A stretch of 64,000 nucleotides of DNA. Source: Ascidiella aspersa. Its lineage: Eukaryota. A program made the translations under genes and the position numbers. The DNA lies in contig OZ004607.1 in the NCBI GenBank assembly GCA_963924565.1, forward strand, positions 23,994,001-24,058,000, in the 5' to 3' direction. The notes beneath the pieces were generated by a model that ran no database searches, was not told the DNA's origin, and saw only the letters and a program-made list of their open reading frames with translations. Shown here one piece after another: positions 11,452 through 24,388 of this stretch (its first letter is position 1; the number at the start of each line of letters is the position of its first letter).

Positions 11452-14400
11452 ATGTCTTCGATATTTGATCAATATGAAGCTACTATGTCCCGTGGTACCG
11501 GTAATACAACACAGCGGGTTAGCAGAGCATCTAGCGCGACAAGCACATCTACAGAACCAGTATCCAGTGGCTACATATCAGCCAGGCTTGAAGATGAGAC
11601 ACCAATATTCAGCAAAAGCAAGGTCAGCAAAAAACTGGCAATGCATTTTAGAGTTTAGTGAAGCAACAGTTTTGTTCTGTTTCTAGATCAATTTTAAACC
11701 CCAGGAGAAAGTGACTCATCTTGCCATTTGCAATAACATGCTTTGCATGGTTATGTCTGGCAGATTGCTTCTGCGGATTAACCTTTTACATCCAGATGAT
11801 GTTGATGAGGTAAACTTGTTCACCATTTCAATATTTATCACTTTAAATTCTTCAATGTAGTGACCCAGGTTCTTAGTCAACAAAACCACTCAAGGCTGTA
11901 TATACATATATATTTTGCTCAGATAGAATTTATTTCTTACTTTAAAAACAAAAAACTGAATTGTAACACAACAATCTTTACTGCAGTATCTTAGATGTAG
12001 GCGTTAAAATTTGTTTAAAAGTTGAAGTGTTTCAACTAGAATAAAACCAATATATTATTTGTATGTTGCCTAAAGGTTGAGGTTACACGAGGAGATGATC
12101 TTGTTTACAAAATGTATTTTGACCCAACTGGACACTTTCTTCTACTTACATTAACCTCAGAAGAAACTGTTTTCTTATCTGCAAATTCTAGGAAACCAAA
12201 AACTTTAAACAAATTCAAAGGTATTCTTTAAATTAATGTGTTACTAGCTTACTGCAGTAAATTGGTTGTTAAACCTTTGTCATGTCTATTACGTATGCAT
12301 GTCTGGTAATATTCGCTGTTAGAGTAAATAGTGGCGAAGTTAAGTGGCAAAAAGCCTTCGGACATGCTTCACATGGCTACAATTGGTAAACTTGGGATTC
12401 TTTGGTGGTTTCATCGTTAAAATGTGAATTTTGTTTATTACTCCAAATTAAGGTTATTTAAATAACTTACTTTGGTTTTAAATTGCCTTTTGGGTTTCCA
12501 GATTTTTAAAAAATTAAAGTGTAATTATTACTTTCTGTTTCCTGTGCATCGCATATCCTCCTAAGTCAAGTATTACCAAATTAAAGCAAATAAGCGCAAT
12601 TTTTTTAGCACTGCACTGGATTTTAACTGCATATTTGCACACAAGTTCACTTGAAAACAAGGGGTGTTTTTAGGAATAATTGTTTTATGGCAAATAACTT
12701 TGTGATGTCATACTAAATATATCCATGGTCACTTAAAAAGCAAGATCCTGGATCCACCCATGTGATCCTAATGTTTTTACGTAATTGGCCGTTAAGAGCT
12801 CTTGAAATGGTAATTTTGGCTGCAATCAATATAGCTTGCCGGCCACTGCCTTAATGTAATAATAAGTTCCATATAATAGCAAACCCAATTTTTAGGTCAT
12901 AAAATTGAAAGTGTTGCCTGGTGTCAGACATCAAGTGGCAACACAACAGGGCCTGTACTAGTTGGGACAAGTTGGGGGTTGATCATGGAATGCTGTGTGG
13001 AAGCTGGTGAGGACATAAAGTTCTTTGGGGGAAGTGTCGATCAATACTTCAAGCAAGTGTTTAACCTTACCAAGGGTGATGGAAGAGGTAAGAAGGACAA
13101 CTTCACTAGTAATGTCAAATAAACCTATCACTGCTTAACAACAAATTTGATTATAAACTTTGAATTATTTTCTTTATATTTTAACAGGTCACCCTGTCAC
13201 TGGACTGGAGTATTTCTGTACTGCCACTAAAGGAAATGGAAGAAATGAGTATTGTATTTTTGCAAGCACCCCAAGCAGATTTTATCAATTCAGTGGTATT
13301 GTCAACATAAACAGTGGAGATGTACCTCTATTTCAGGTTTGGTTTACGTATTACCTTTCAATTGTATTAAAATGTATGTCTGAATTAAGATCCAATATAA
13401 TTCCTTATGGGTGTCTAATCTTGATTAGCCTTATTGAAGTTCTACTGTGTTGTATGATAATGAGTGTTTTAGTATAATACATTTGTTTCGATATTAAACA
13501 GATTTCTATGCATTTGTAAGAAGTATGTTTGAAAACTACATATGGTGTGACCTGTTTTTCGTATACCTTTCTAGAGTGTGTTTGCGCCATATGCCAGTAC
13601 TCCACCTCGACACATTGATCTTCCAGGAGAAATAGACAATAGTCAACTAATTTTGTTATATGACATGAAGTCCTCCACAGGTATTATATTAACATAAGGT
13701 TTTAATGTCGTTTATAGTAATGTACTCTAAAACATAAAAAACAAGTGTGCATGCAAAAAAACACATTATACAAAATATATGCTAAACTTGTTGAAGGGGA
13801 TCTTTGTGGGACTTAGTTTTACAGGGATTTTATACATAAATATAAAATCTGTTGCAGCACAAATTCCAGCACAGTTTGCATGGATGGCAGCCCCTGGCGT
13901 CTACATAGGAGATATTAGAGTCCCCAAAACAACTGAAGAGTCTTCTCTGCAAAACCGTTCTCTAATTGCAAATGCAAGGCTTATATCTTATCCAGATACA
14001 GGTATAAATATGGTTTAAATTAAAAACTACAATTTGAATGTGAGCTATCAGTAAACTTTTTAATGGTGAGTGATCAATAATCATGTAATACTTGTTTCTT
14101 GACCTTCAGAAGAATCTTAAGAAACTCCTTTTAGTGTTACCATTCAGTTTATCTTTTTGTTTCGCATCACTTGATTTTATTTATTTACAGAAGGAGATAA
14201 TGCCAATCCATTTGCTGAGGAGAATGACAAAGTGTTAAACATAGTTCTAACTGAATTTCACTTACTCATGTTATATTCAGATAGACTTAAAGTGATTTGC
14301 TCACTCAATGAGCAACTTATTTTTGAAGACGTTTATACGTCAAGGTAAGTTTCTCACAATTTATATAAACATTAAGGGATGTTTAAAATCTTTATTTATA

Positions 14401-17400
14401 ATAGAATTTAAAGGTTTTTAAAGGCTTCAAGTTAGAAATGTATCGAAAAGCCTTTTTTATTTTTTTAATTAAGTGTTGTAACAGATTTGGTCAATTAATG
14501 GGCCTCTTTAAAGATCCTGTTCAAACCACAATTTGGACGTTTACAGAAAAAGCAGTATTTAAATACAAGGTAATAGTAAAGCATGTTTATTTTATGGTAT
14601 GTCAAAAGTAACTAATTGCTTGTACTAATTTCCAAGTATTCTTGACATGTTGCTTGAATGCTTTATTGTGTTGTTATTACTTTCACATTTAGGTTGTAAA
14701 GGAAGCAAGGGATGTGTGGCAGATGTACCTTGACATGGGAAAGTTTGATTTGGCCCGTGAACACTGCAGAGATAACCCAGCAAACCTTGACAAGGTAAGT
14801 AGTAGAATAATGTTGTGACAAAAAATATATCTTAAATAAGAAAAAGAATATTCACGCATAAATTGTCAATTTTACACAATCCTTTCTTTGTGGCAGTTTT
14901 TTTCAAATTTTGTTAGTCGATTCATGGGTTTAATAAAATAATATTTACAACAGTATATTCTTGGACTCGCATTTATGTTCTTGAAATAAACATTTTTAAC
15001 CAAATTACTTACAAAAATCACCTTTAAAACTGATATAAACAAATTGAAGGAATTGTAATAAGAAAAAAAAAGAAAAAAAATTATAACTGGACATTTTTTT
15101 AACAACATTTTTAAATCAGTAGTACTTTTTTTTATAAAAAAAAGATCTTCCATATATCTAGGCTTTTTTCTAAGTTTTTCGAAAATATTTGATAAAGATA
15201 TATCTACAAGCTAATTAACAGTTCGATATGTTTCGTGTTGCTGGTAAAATCCCTGTGTAAATAACAAACATTTCAGTAAATCCATCTTTCTTAATATTCT
15301 CATGTTTGTGATAATTTTAACAATCATTTGTATAAGGTTTATTTAAAATGTTAAAAATTAATATATCGTTTTAGACTTTTATTCAATGCAAATGTTTCTC
15401 TACCTTTTGGTCATGTTTAACATTATGGACAGTTTAGAATTTAAACAAAATAAGTAAATGGTTTTGTGCAGGTTTTAACCAGGCAAGCTGAACATGCCTT
15501 CGTAAAAGGTCAATATAAGGAAAGTGCCTTGTATTTTGCCATTACCCAAAACTCTTTTGAAGATGTTACTTTAAAGTTTTTAAGGGCGGGCAAGGAAGTT
15601 GCATTAAGATCATACCTGCAAAAGAAACTCAGCAACCTTAAAGTAGGTGTTTTACTTAGTGGGCAAAGTTACCTTTATAATTCTACATATTATGTTGGTG
15701 TGGTTTGTTATAAAAATCCTATTTTACCAAAATATACACTGAAAGATGTTAGCTTGAATTATTTTATTTTATCTATTAACTTTTATAGCCTGGTGAAACT
15801 GCTCAAATGACCATGTTGTCAACCTGGCTTATCGAACTCTATCTGAACGACCTTGGGAAACTTAGGGATTCGGAATCGAAATCTGATGAAGAGGAAAAAG
15901 TTAAAAGCAGAAACAATCTTAGGCAATTGCTGGCCCAGGTACTTTTGAGACAATGGTGTTGTTGATGTTAATTTTTTACTGTGCTGTTCTTAAAATCCTA
16001 TATGTTAGTTCAGATTGCACTCACGTTACGCACTTTCCATCATTATGCATAAAATATCCCAGTAGGAAAGGGCAAGGCAAAACAGACTGCTTAAGCGAGA
16101 ATTCGTATTAGCTAAAACAATTTTTTTGATGGACAGTGTAGCAACCAAAATGTCGCCTAGGCTACACCCAGGGTTACCATCTGCTCAGACCAAAAAATAA
16201 GCACGCTACTCCAAAAAAATAAGCACGTTACTAAAGATCCCGGGGGTGAAATACAAGGTTTCAGAAATAACGTTATAAAATAAAATAAAAACTTGAAAAA
16301 CAGCTATTTTTGTATGCGCAAAACGTGGTTTAATCGCGCGAAGCACGAAAAAATGCGTTTATTTGGTTGAAATTGGCAAGTTAGTCACCCTTATTTAATG
16401 CAAGCTTTGTCGATTTTTTCGCGTCAGAACGCACCAGTTATACACCTTTTAAAGTTTAAAAGGAACCGTGGTGCATGGCAGCATGAAACGCATAATTCTG
16501 ACCGTGCCTGGTAGTTAAGTTTGGTTCACTTGGCGGAGTTATGGTTGTAATAAAATTATTCATTGAATGATTTACGGAAATGCATCTAGCAATTTTTTTT
16601 ATAGTAATATTGTGTTTTCCATAGCCTCTGGGCTGATTTAGCATTGTGTCTGTACTGACACAAAAAAGCCAGTCCTCACGTCAAGCCGAAAGTTTACTAC
16701 TTGATTGCTAAAGCAACCTACCACACTTCTATAGGCTACAATGTACTTTTCAGATTTAGAATAAACAATCACAATCCATTGTTATTATGTAATTTAATGT
16801 ATTACTGTTATAATCTGGGTTAAATAACTTGGTAAATATAAATAAAAAATTGATAAAGAACGCTTTTAGAAACTAAAAAAAGACAAACTAAGCACGTTTC
16901 TTAGAAATAAGCACATTTGAGTTTTCTAAGACACTGCGCCCAAAAATAAGCACCAATCTTAGAAATAAGCACGGTATGGTAACCCTGGCTACACCTGTGA
17001 TAAACAGTAAAAATAAAATAAGCATAATCTTCAGTAAAAAAGAGTGGCCCAAATAAATGATAAAAGATTCATTCTTTTATTTGCATACGTTTCGGCAAGT
17101 GCTTATGCCATCTTCAGTGCAGATCCGTGTTTCCAAAAATAAGCATATTTTCTGAAGAACGTTCTGCGCAGGGAAAACCGACCACCGGTGACACAAAAGT
17201 GATCCCCAGTGTGCCATATGTATAAAACATAACTTATCTGCTTTTTTGCTGCATGAATGGGGCTTATCCAGGATTTGTTTGGCGGTATAATAATTATTAA
17301 AGATTTTTTTCACAAGTTACATCATAATGTGACGTCATAATCCAAGTTCAATAATGGTATGCATGAGCATTAAATATGGGAATTACATCTTCAGCTTTAT

Positions 17401-20400
17401 TTTAACTTTAGTAGCCAATGCATACTATACCATCCTTACATCAACATCCTCAAAAGTACATTCCCCTCTAATGATTTTTGCAAAACTAAATCTGCCTGAT
17501 TTTAAGCAGATAAGTTTTTTTTGAAAAAAAGAGATTCATTTTGCCCCGCTTTTCCCTAATTACCATGTTTTAAGGGTCGATTGAAGGAAAGCTTTCAGGA
17601 GAACCGTGCCACAGTTTATGATCTTCTGATTAGCCATGGAGAGATTGAGGACTATGTATTTTTTGCAGTTCTAATGCAGGTAAGATAATTGTAAAAGAGG
17701 GCTGCACAACTCTAAATGGTACAAGGGCCGCAAAAAGCAGAAAAATCCACAGGCTGCATACTGCAATTGCATGACAATTTTTTAAGGATGACGTTACAAG
17801 TTTCTTCATAACAGTCATGACGTCATAAAACAAATTATCTTAAAACACCTGTTGTTCTTGAGCGAAAAATATGCAGCTGAAATCCAGTCTTAATCGCGCG
17901 ATGAGCAAAATAATTACGTTTATTTGGCTAAAATTAAACTTTCAATTTAAAAAGGTGACAAAAACATGGTAAAAAACGAAAAAGTAAAAATATGTATTGC
18001 AAGGTTAAGTTGTTAAAAAATATAGGCCTTGTGACCTCCTTTCTCTTGATCAGCATCTGCTTGTGACCATGTTTTTACAAACTCTCACGCGGACCTTGAG
18101 TTGTGTAGGCCTGCTGTAGGACGTTTCGCTCAACCATTTATGGACTGTTCGAAAAAACGTGAAACCGAAGTTAAAGAAGAAACGGATGATAAATTGTCAG
18201 GGCAAAAGCTCTATTTTGAACCAATCAGAAATCTAATCAATAGCCATAACACAATAGACCGCGTTCAGCAATTGTGTTTCTACTACATACACGTTTTTTT
18301 TTTCAGGACTACGAGCGGGTTGTAAATCACTATGTACAAAATGAAAACTACTCAGCTGCGCTGGAACATTTACGCAAGCAAAATAACATTCAACTGTACT
18401 ACAAATTTTCACCGGTTCTAATGCAGGTATACGCCTACACTAACGAATCGACATCCTCTGTTGTGCTTCGATTTAAAGCGTAATATATTTCAGCACATAC
18501 CCAACTTGACCGTTGATGCTTGGATTCACCTGGGAAGGAAAATGGACCCAAAGCATCTTATTCCAGCACTGGTCAATTGCACTCAGGTAGTCTCGTATTT
18601 ATAGATGATTGGAAACATTACTGACCTTGTAGTGATAGTAGGCTATCAATTGATTGGTTTATTTATTCAATTTTCTTAGCTTATGTATAATTTAATGTAA
18701 TGTTCTCTTTAATTCGATGGAAATTTCTGCTATGCGTTATATGTTGAATGAGATATGTAGTTCACAATTTAGTCTCCTCCATGGAATGACGTGGATTACC
18801 TTACTGTCTCACAGTGTAAATGAAAACTATCGTTTCACTAAGATTTTCAAAACAATAGATGCATAGCTATAATGTCCACCAGGTCGGGTAACTTGGTCGA
18901 TACTTGGTCCTTATTAGCTGTGTTGCGTTTCACCCAGAGCGGTCACCGGCAGCAGTGGGCTGAAGCCTTGCGCTACCTGGAGTACTGCACACGTGACCTC
19001 GAATGCAGAGACTCGGCAATTCACAACTACCTGTTATCGTTGTACGTCAGACACCAACCGGAGTCGGTACTCAGGTGAGTTATTGTTTTATTTTTAAATG
19101 GATGATCTTTTAAGTCTATTTGTTTTGCCAGTCGCTGTGTAAAACTATAAGTGATCTCCCAACAACCAAAAAAATCATAAAGCCTGTTAGCTTTTGTTGA
19201 TATCGGTAATTTAGTATATGTAAGGATTAAATCGAACCCGCGATTCACGAAATACCGTATTGTATTACATAGTCAACACAATTTGCCTTGATTTTTTTAT
19301 CAGCTACTTGAAAGACCAAGGCAGCGACGCAAGTGATGTGTGCTATGACGTCAAGTACGCGCTAAGGTTATGTCTTGGCAACAATAAGCAGGACGAAAAA
19401 AGGAATCCGGTTCTTCTGCGATCGTGTGTCATCATATATACTGTAATGTGTCTCTACGAGGAAGCAGTTGCCATGGCGCTCAAGGTGTACACACCTGTTC
19501 CTAAACATTTCTAATTTCTAATTTATTTTTTGCAACACCATTTACAGAAAACGATTTTAAATGCTACTAAAAATTTTTGACGTTTAATTGTTGCCGGTAG
19601 ATTTTAAAATGTTAAGGAAAAATTGCATGGGGAGTCGTAATGTTGTTTTCTCCTGCTCACTAGGTGGACGTTGAGCTTGCCAAATCGATAGCGGATCGGC
19701 AGGAGCTTGAAGAGGAGGACGAAGAGCTAAGGAAGAAACTCTGGCTCCGGATCGCTAAACACGTGGTACAGGAGGAGAAAGACATCAAGCGAGCGATGAT
19801 GTTTTTGCAGGTTTGCTCATTTATATTTTTTCACTGGTTTATTCTTGATAGGAATTCTGATATTATTGAATCATAATCGGAGCATTTACAATGGATGCCA
19901 AGTGAGAGTGCCTATACTTTTCCGATGCTAGAGTGGTATCAAGGCCGATTCGATCAGATAAAGTTACGGATTTCAGCGATAGTTTACTTTCCAACATCTA
20001 CTATCTTTAAAGGCAATTATTTCCAAACGCAAAAGCGTTTTGGCCTAATGCATGAAATTTTTTTTTCCATTCAATTTGACCTATGGAAGCATATTAGAGA
20101 TTCTATAATCAAGCGCCAAAAAACGCTAACGTGACTAATCAAACCTGTATGTTATACTTTATCTAATAAACGTTTTGTTGTAACCAGGAGTCTGGCGACT
20201 TGCTGAAGATCGAAGACATTCTTCCGTTCTTCCCGGATTTTGTCACGATAGACCATTTTAAGGATGCGTTATGTGAATCGCTGGCCGAGTACAATAAGCA
20301 CATCGATCAGCTAAAGGTAAACTAATCTGATCAACGTCTAGAACAGGGGTATTTTTGTAACACCTCTTGTGATGATATATGACGCTGGACTGACTCGAAT

Positions 20401-21806
20401 GTAGTCTAAACAATTAAAATGTAGGCTACATTTTCAAATGCAAAAAAGTTTGGTCCACCCTTGATTAACATTAATTGTTATCACAAATGCTTAATACTAC
20501 ACGTTTCAACAAAAGTATTAGCTAATACGGCTCCAAGACCATTCTAACTTTGGGTCGGGCCCGCGACTAGGAAAAGGTTGCCGACCCCTGGTCTAGAATA
20601 TATATATAAAGCTTAGTAGAGTTTTATGATAAAAGCTTTCCGATGTGCTGAAACTATACATCTCTTTGCTTTAGGACGAGATGAACGAAGCAACAACGAG
20701 CGCTCACTCCATACGAGCTAACATACAAGAGACCAGGTAAATTTAACTCGCTGTTGCAAGTACATACGGAATATTGCTACAATTTTCATCACATATGCTT
20801 GTCCCACAGCTAAAAAAGCCTTTGTTAGGGAAGGCGGATGTTTCCTATGTTAGTTTTGGGGCGAAGGAGTCTTAGTTACGTTAACTGTTTTGTAAATAGC
20901 GATGTATCGCCAACTATTGTTGAAAAAGCTATGTCAGCAAAATTCGATAAGATGTGTGATGACTCCAAACTTGCTAAATGCTAAGTAAAATGTGCGGTAC
21001 CGGGGTTAACAACATAAGCTTTGTTTCCAGAAACCAGCATCTAGTGGTCGGGCCCACTGAGCGTTGCACGTCTTGCACGCGACCTCTCCTCACGCGTGGC
21101 TTCTATCTCTTCCCCTGCAACCACGCCTTCCACAGCGATTGTCTGTGGACCGAGGTCAGGCCGCTGCTTAACGACGCCAAGCGAACCAACGCCGACCGGC
21201 TTCAGCAGGTAACGCTGGCCAAGATATCTATATTTACTCTGATTTATCACTTGTTGAGTCCTTACAAACTGTTTTGCTCGAGGACCTCGAGGTTTTTTCG
21301 CCACCCTAAAGCTAAAAGGAGAAAACCGTAAACAATCAACCTTTTATGCATAAACGGAAAATATGTTTAAAACGCTAAGCAAGAAATGAATTCCTACCTA
21401 AATTCAGCTTGAGGTGTATTATACATATTGAAACGCTATATAGTACATAGACATATTTTTCTATAACATCTTTGGGTATTCCTCCCAGTTAATCCTGGCA
21501 AATCAGCGTATCAGCCTAGATGTTGTTAAACCGCTTTTAATCTATTAGTATCGAATATAACTGCCATATCCCAATGATCTTCCGTTCTGTCCCTTTAAAC
21601 AGGAATTACGTCAACTAACAATGGGAGCGACCCAACCCGGCAATGAACAAGCGATAAAAGATCGGAGGTCGAGGAGGCAGCAGTTGGTGCTCGACCTTGA
21701 CGACTCGATCGCCAACGAGTGTGTGCTGTGTGGCGAAATCGCTGTGCGCGCCATCGACACCGCATTTGCCGACAGTGGTCTTGATGACGCCAAGTCATGG
21801 TCGTGA
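11452..21806 (+). CDS. VPS18: Vacuolar protein sorting 18 (HOPS/CORVET core subunit), ~22 exons
   Basis: N-terminus MSSIFDQYEATMSR...SGYISARLEDETPIFSK. Further motifs: MYFDPTGH, GHKIESVAW, IVLTEFHLLMLY, SFEDVTLKFL, TWLIELYLN, RKKLWLRIAKHVV, LLKIEDILPFFPDFVTIDHFKD. C-terminal RING CTSC...PCNHAFHSDC...ECVLCG. Exons include 11452-11622, 11687-11809, 12076-12220, 12896-13087, 17575-17679, 19664-19810 and 21603-21806. Confidence 0.97.
16169..16987. mobile_element. hAT-type MITE in a VPS18 intron
   Basis: TIR CAGGGTTACCA. Perfect 8-bp TSD GCTACACC (16161-16168 and 16988-16995). Repeated subterminal AAATAAGCAC motif at both ends. Confidence 0.9.
17697..18113. mobile_element. Decayed hAT-type MITE in a VPS18 intron
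   Basis: Imperfect TIRs (G)AGGGCTGCACAACTC and GAGTTGTGTAGGCCTG. TSD is degenerate. Confidence 0.5.
20344..20590. mobile_element. hAT/Charlie-type MITE in a VPS18 intron
   Basis: CAGGGGT...ACCCCTG termini. Perfect TSD GTCTAGAA, matching the NTCTAGAN target typical of Charlie elements. Confidence 0.85.
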
Positions 21807-21999
21807 AGGAAGATTGAAAAAATAAAATTATGGTCGTGCATTTCGATCCTTCCTGTCGCCGTGTGTAAGGCTGAACATAATAAGTGACTTTTGCGATTTG
21901 CTCCCTATGGTAGCCTCATTCAACGCATGAAGTGCAAGGTTTGGAAAATTTTAAAGAAGTTGGGTACACTATGCACGGATCTGTAATGTAGCTTGATAA

Positions 22000-22154
22000 T
22001 AAATTGCAAAGCCAAATAGGTCGAGTAGAGCGACAGCATCTTGATTAAGACGTTTCGATACGAGCTTGTATCATCTTCAGTTCAACTCGTATCGAAACAA
22101 ACGTCTTAATCAAGATGCTGTCGATCTACTCGACCTATTTGGCTTTGCAATTTA
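22000..22154. repeat. Near-perfect ~65-bp inverted repeat, Penelope-like retroelement end
   Basis: Arms 22000-22064 and 22086-22154 differ by one mismatch and one 4-nt duplication. The centre carries a hammerhead core on the minus strand. Confidence 0.85.
22044..22085 (-). ncRNA. Putative minimal hammerhead ribozyme (Penelope type)
   Basis: Minus strand reads CUGAAGA-U-GAUAC-aagcuc-GUAUC-GAAAC-GUC. Core and stem II are intact, stem III is the palindromic ACGU, and stem I pairing is weak. Confidence 0.5.
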
Positions 22155-22310
22155 ATGAAGTTGTCATCACAAAAATCTGTTACACAAATAAGTGTTTTCC
22201 GTCGTTTATTAGGTCATCTGGACCTCTCCGACTATTGTTTTGTGCAATATGTTTTGTTTATTAATCGTTGATTCACGAAAATATAATTCACGTTTTTTCC
22301 AATAGTGGTT

Positions 22311-23887
22311 TCAGGCGCCAGAGTCTCCGTCGACTTTTTGCCAAGGAGAATAGTAGGTAGTGCCGCGAAAAGGAAATGTCGGGTCACGTTCCAACGCAAC
22401 GTAGTCTATCTCCAGTTGGAAGGGACCCTCGATGCCATCGCTCAAAAAAAATCTGAAGTTTTCAATCTGGGATAAAGAAGTGTAAACACATTACGAGCTA
22501 TCAATTCGTAAAGAAAGCACAATTGGGGTTCATAACCTATAGCCAGTTAGCTTTCCTGTATTAGTACTTTAGTATTAGATCAAAAAAATTGAGCTACTTG
22601 CCTTGTTGATATCCATACCGGTCGGCCTGTCCATCAATGAACTTTTTCGCGTGGGCAGAAACTTTACATACGGTATCTGACAACCATAAAAAATGCATTA
22701 ACTCTGTTGAATTATCCGAAGCTAAAACTTTTTATTATATTAGCAAAAAACAAACAAATTAAAGGGACTCACGGTTATCTCCTCCCAAAGGGGACCCCCG
22801 CTAGTAAAAACTGGTGCGCTGTAAGTGATCCTTGTATCAAGGCCCAAGTTGCACACCATTTCGAACGAGTATTTACGACCATCGCCCCTGATCCGTATTT
22901 TGACGACATTGAAACCGATTAGGCTCAACAAATCGGCCTTGTCGAAAATCGTCTGTATTGTCACATAAAAACATTCGCTCACTAACCCTGCTGTTTAAAA
23001 TTTTTTAACAACAAACAATTCAACAGGAGCTGTATAAAACATATATAACCAAACCGGTAAAAGTAGTTCCTTACAATAAACGGCTTGGTTTCCAGATAAA
23101 CGAAGCCATTATAGACTTGCTTGTCTTGTAGTGGGTCGTCGGATAACCTTCGAGAAGGCGGTCGGCGTTGGCTCAGGTAACCCCGAAACCTTGCGGTCAA
23201 CTCGTTTTTACTTTGCCTTAGCTCGGCCCAGCTATAACCTCCCACGTCCTCGTCAGTCATTAAATACCAATGCTGTAAAGTGACGAAATAATGATCAAAG
23301 AAAATTGTGTTGTTTGAAAACCAGGTCCAAACAAATATGGCACGCTCGTTGCGATTTAAACAGTTTGTGTAACAAAAATAGGTATCGGATTCTCTGTTTA
23401 TTAAAGTTAAATCTTAAAAAGTAAATATTGAACACTATAATCAATCGCAATTCAAATCAAGTTACTTTTGCGCAGAATCTGATGCAACAAAACGGAACAA
23501 TAAAAGTTACAGTGTATTTATATTTATGAAAAGCATTTATCTTAAACGACTCAAACACAGCACCTGAAAGTCTTCCGGTTTCCGAAAGTAATATAAGACG
23601 TGGTCGAGTTTGGACAGCCTCTTTCGTTGTTCCTGTGTTTCGTTGCTGGCAAACCGGTTCTTTAAGTCGTGCTTTATGTAGCGCCATGAACGCTCCAGCG
23701 CCTTCCAGTCCATGGCAATGGGAATCGGGCGTCTGCGACGAATCTCCTGCTTTACGGCGACGCCGGTCTCGTCATTCTTGAAACCTCCGACCGGCGACAA
23801 GTGAAGAGCTCTGGCGCTCAAACACGGCGCAAGGCAATTCCGAGAACTTATACCACCGCGAATCAGAGCGTTGGTGACTTTTTGCAT
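22311..23887 (-). CDS. NDUFAF1: Complex I intermediate-associated protein 30 (CIA30), 5 exons
   Basis: Exons 23887-23564, 23272-23075, ~22952-22773, 22676-22602 and 22466-22311. Arg-rich mitochondrial presequence. Motifs WYLMTDEDVGGYS, IRIRGDGRKY, TSGGPLWEEITIPYVKF and DGIEGPFQLEIDYV. Confidence 0.92.
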
Positions 23888-24388
23888 ATTTTTTTACAAC
23901 AGTGTTATGCTACCTTTGGTTAAAACCATTCTGAAAGACACGACCTGTAATTGAAAAATTAAAGCTAGTAAATCGCACAAAACACAGAAACAAGCGAAAC
24001 ATTGGAACATGGCGGTGTAAAAAATGTTTACAGTATAACTTTCAACAACAATATTATTATCGTTGTTTAACTGTTGCATAGCGCATGACATAGCATCCTT
24101 GGTAGACCTGCAGCAGTGCAGCGAAATAAGACGGGCAAAAAATAGATCGTTGTGCACCAAACAGTTTTTTTGCAAACAAACACACGAAACAGCTTTCGAT
24201 GACTTTTACCAAAATACACAAAAATAAGTACACAGATTACATTCCCATCAATCAATAATATGTGCAGAAACTTAAACTTTTAAATATAAATCATGCTGTA
24301 TGACAGGGTTTTGAAGGTTGACAAGAAACTTAAGTCAATTACGTTTCACACCAGCGATTAAAATTAGTGGAACTAATTCTCCACATCC

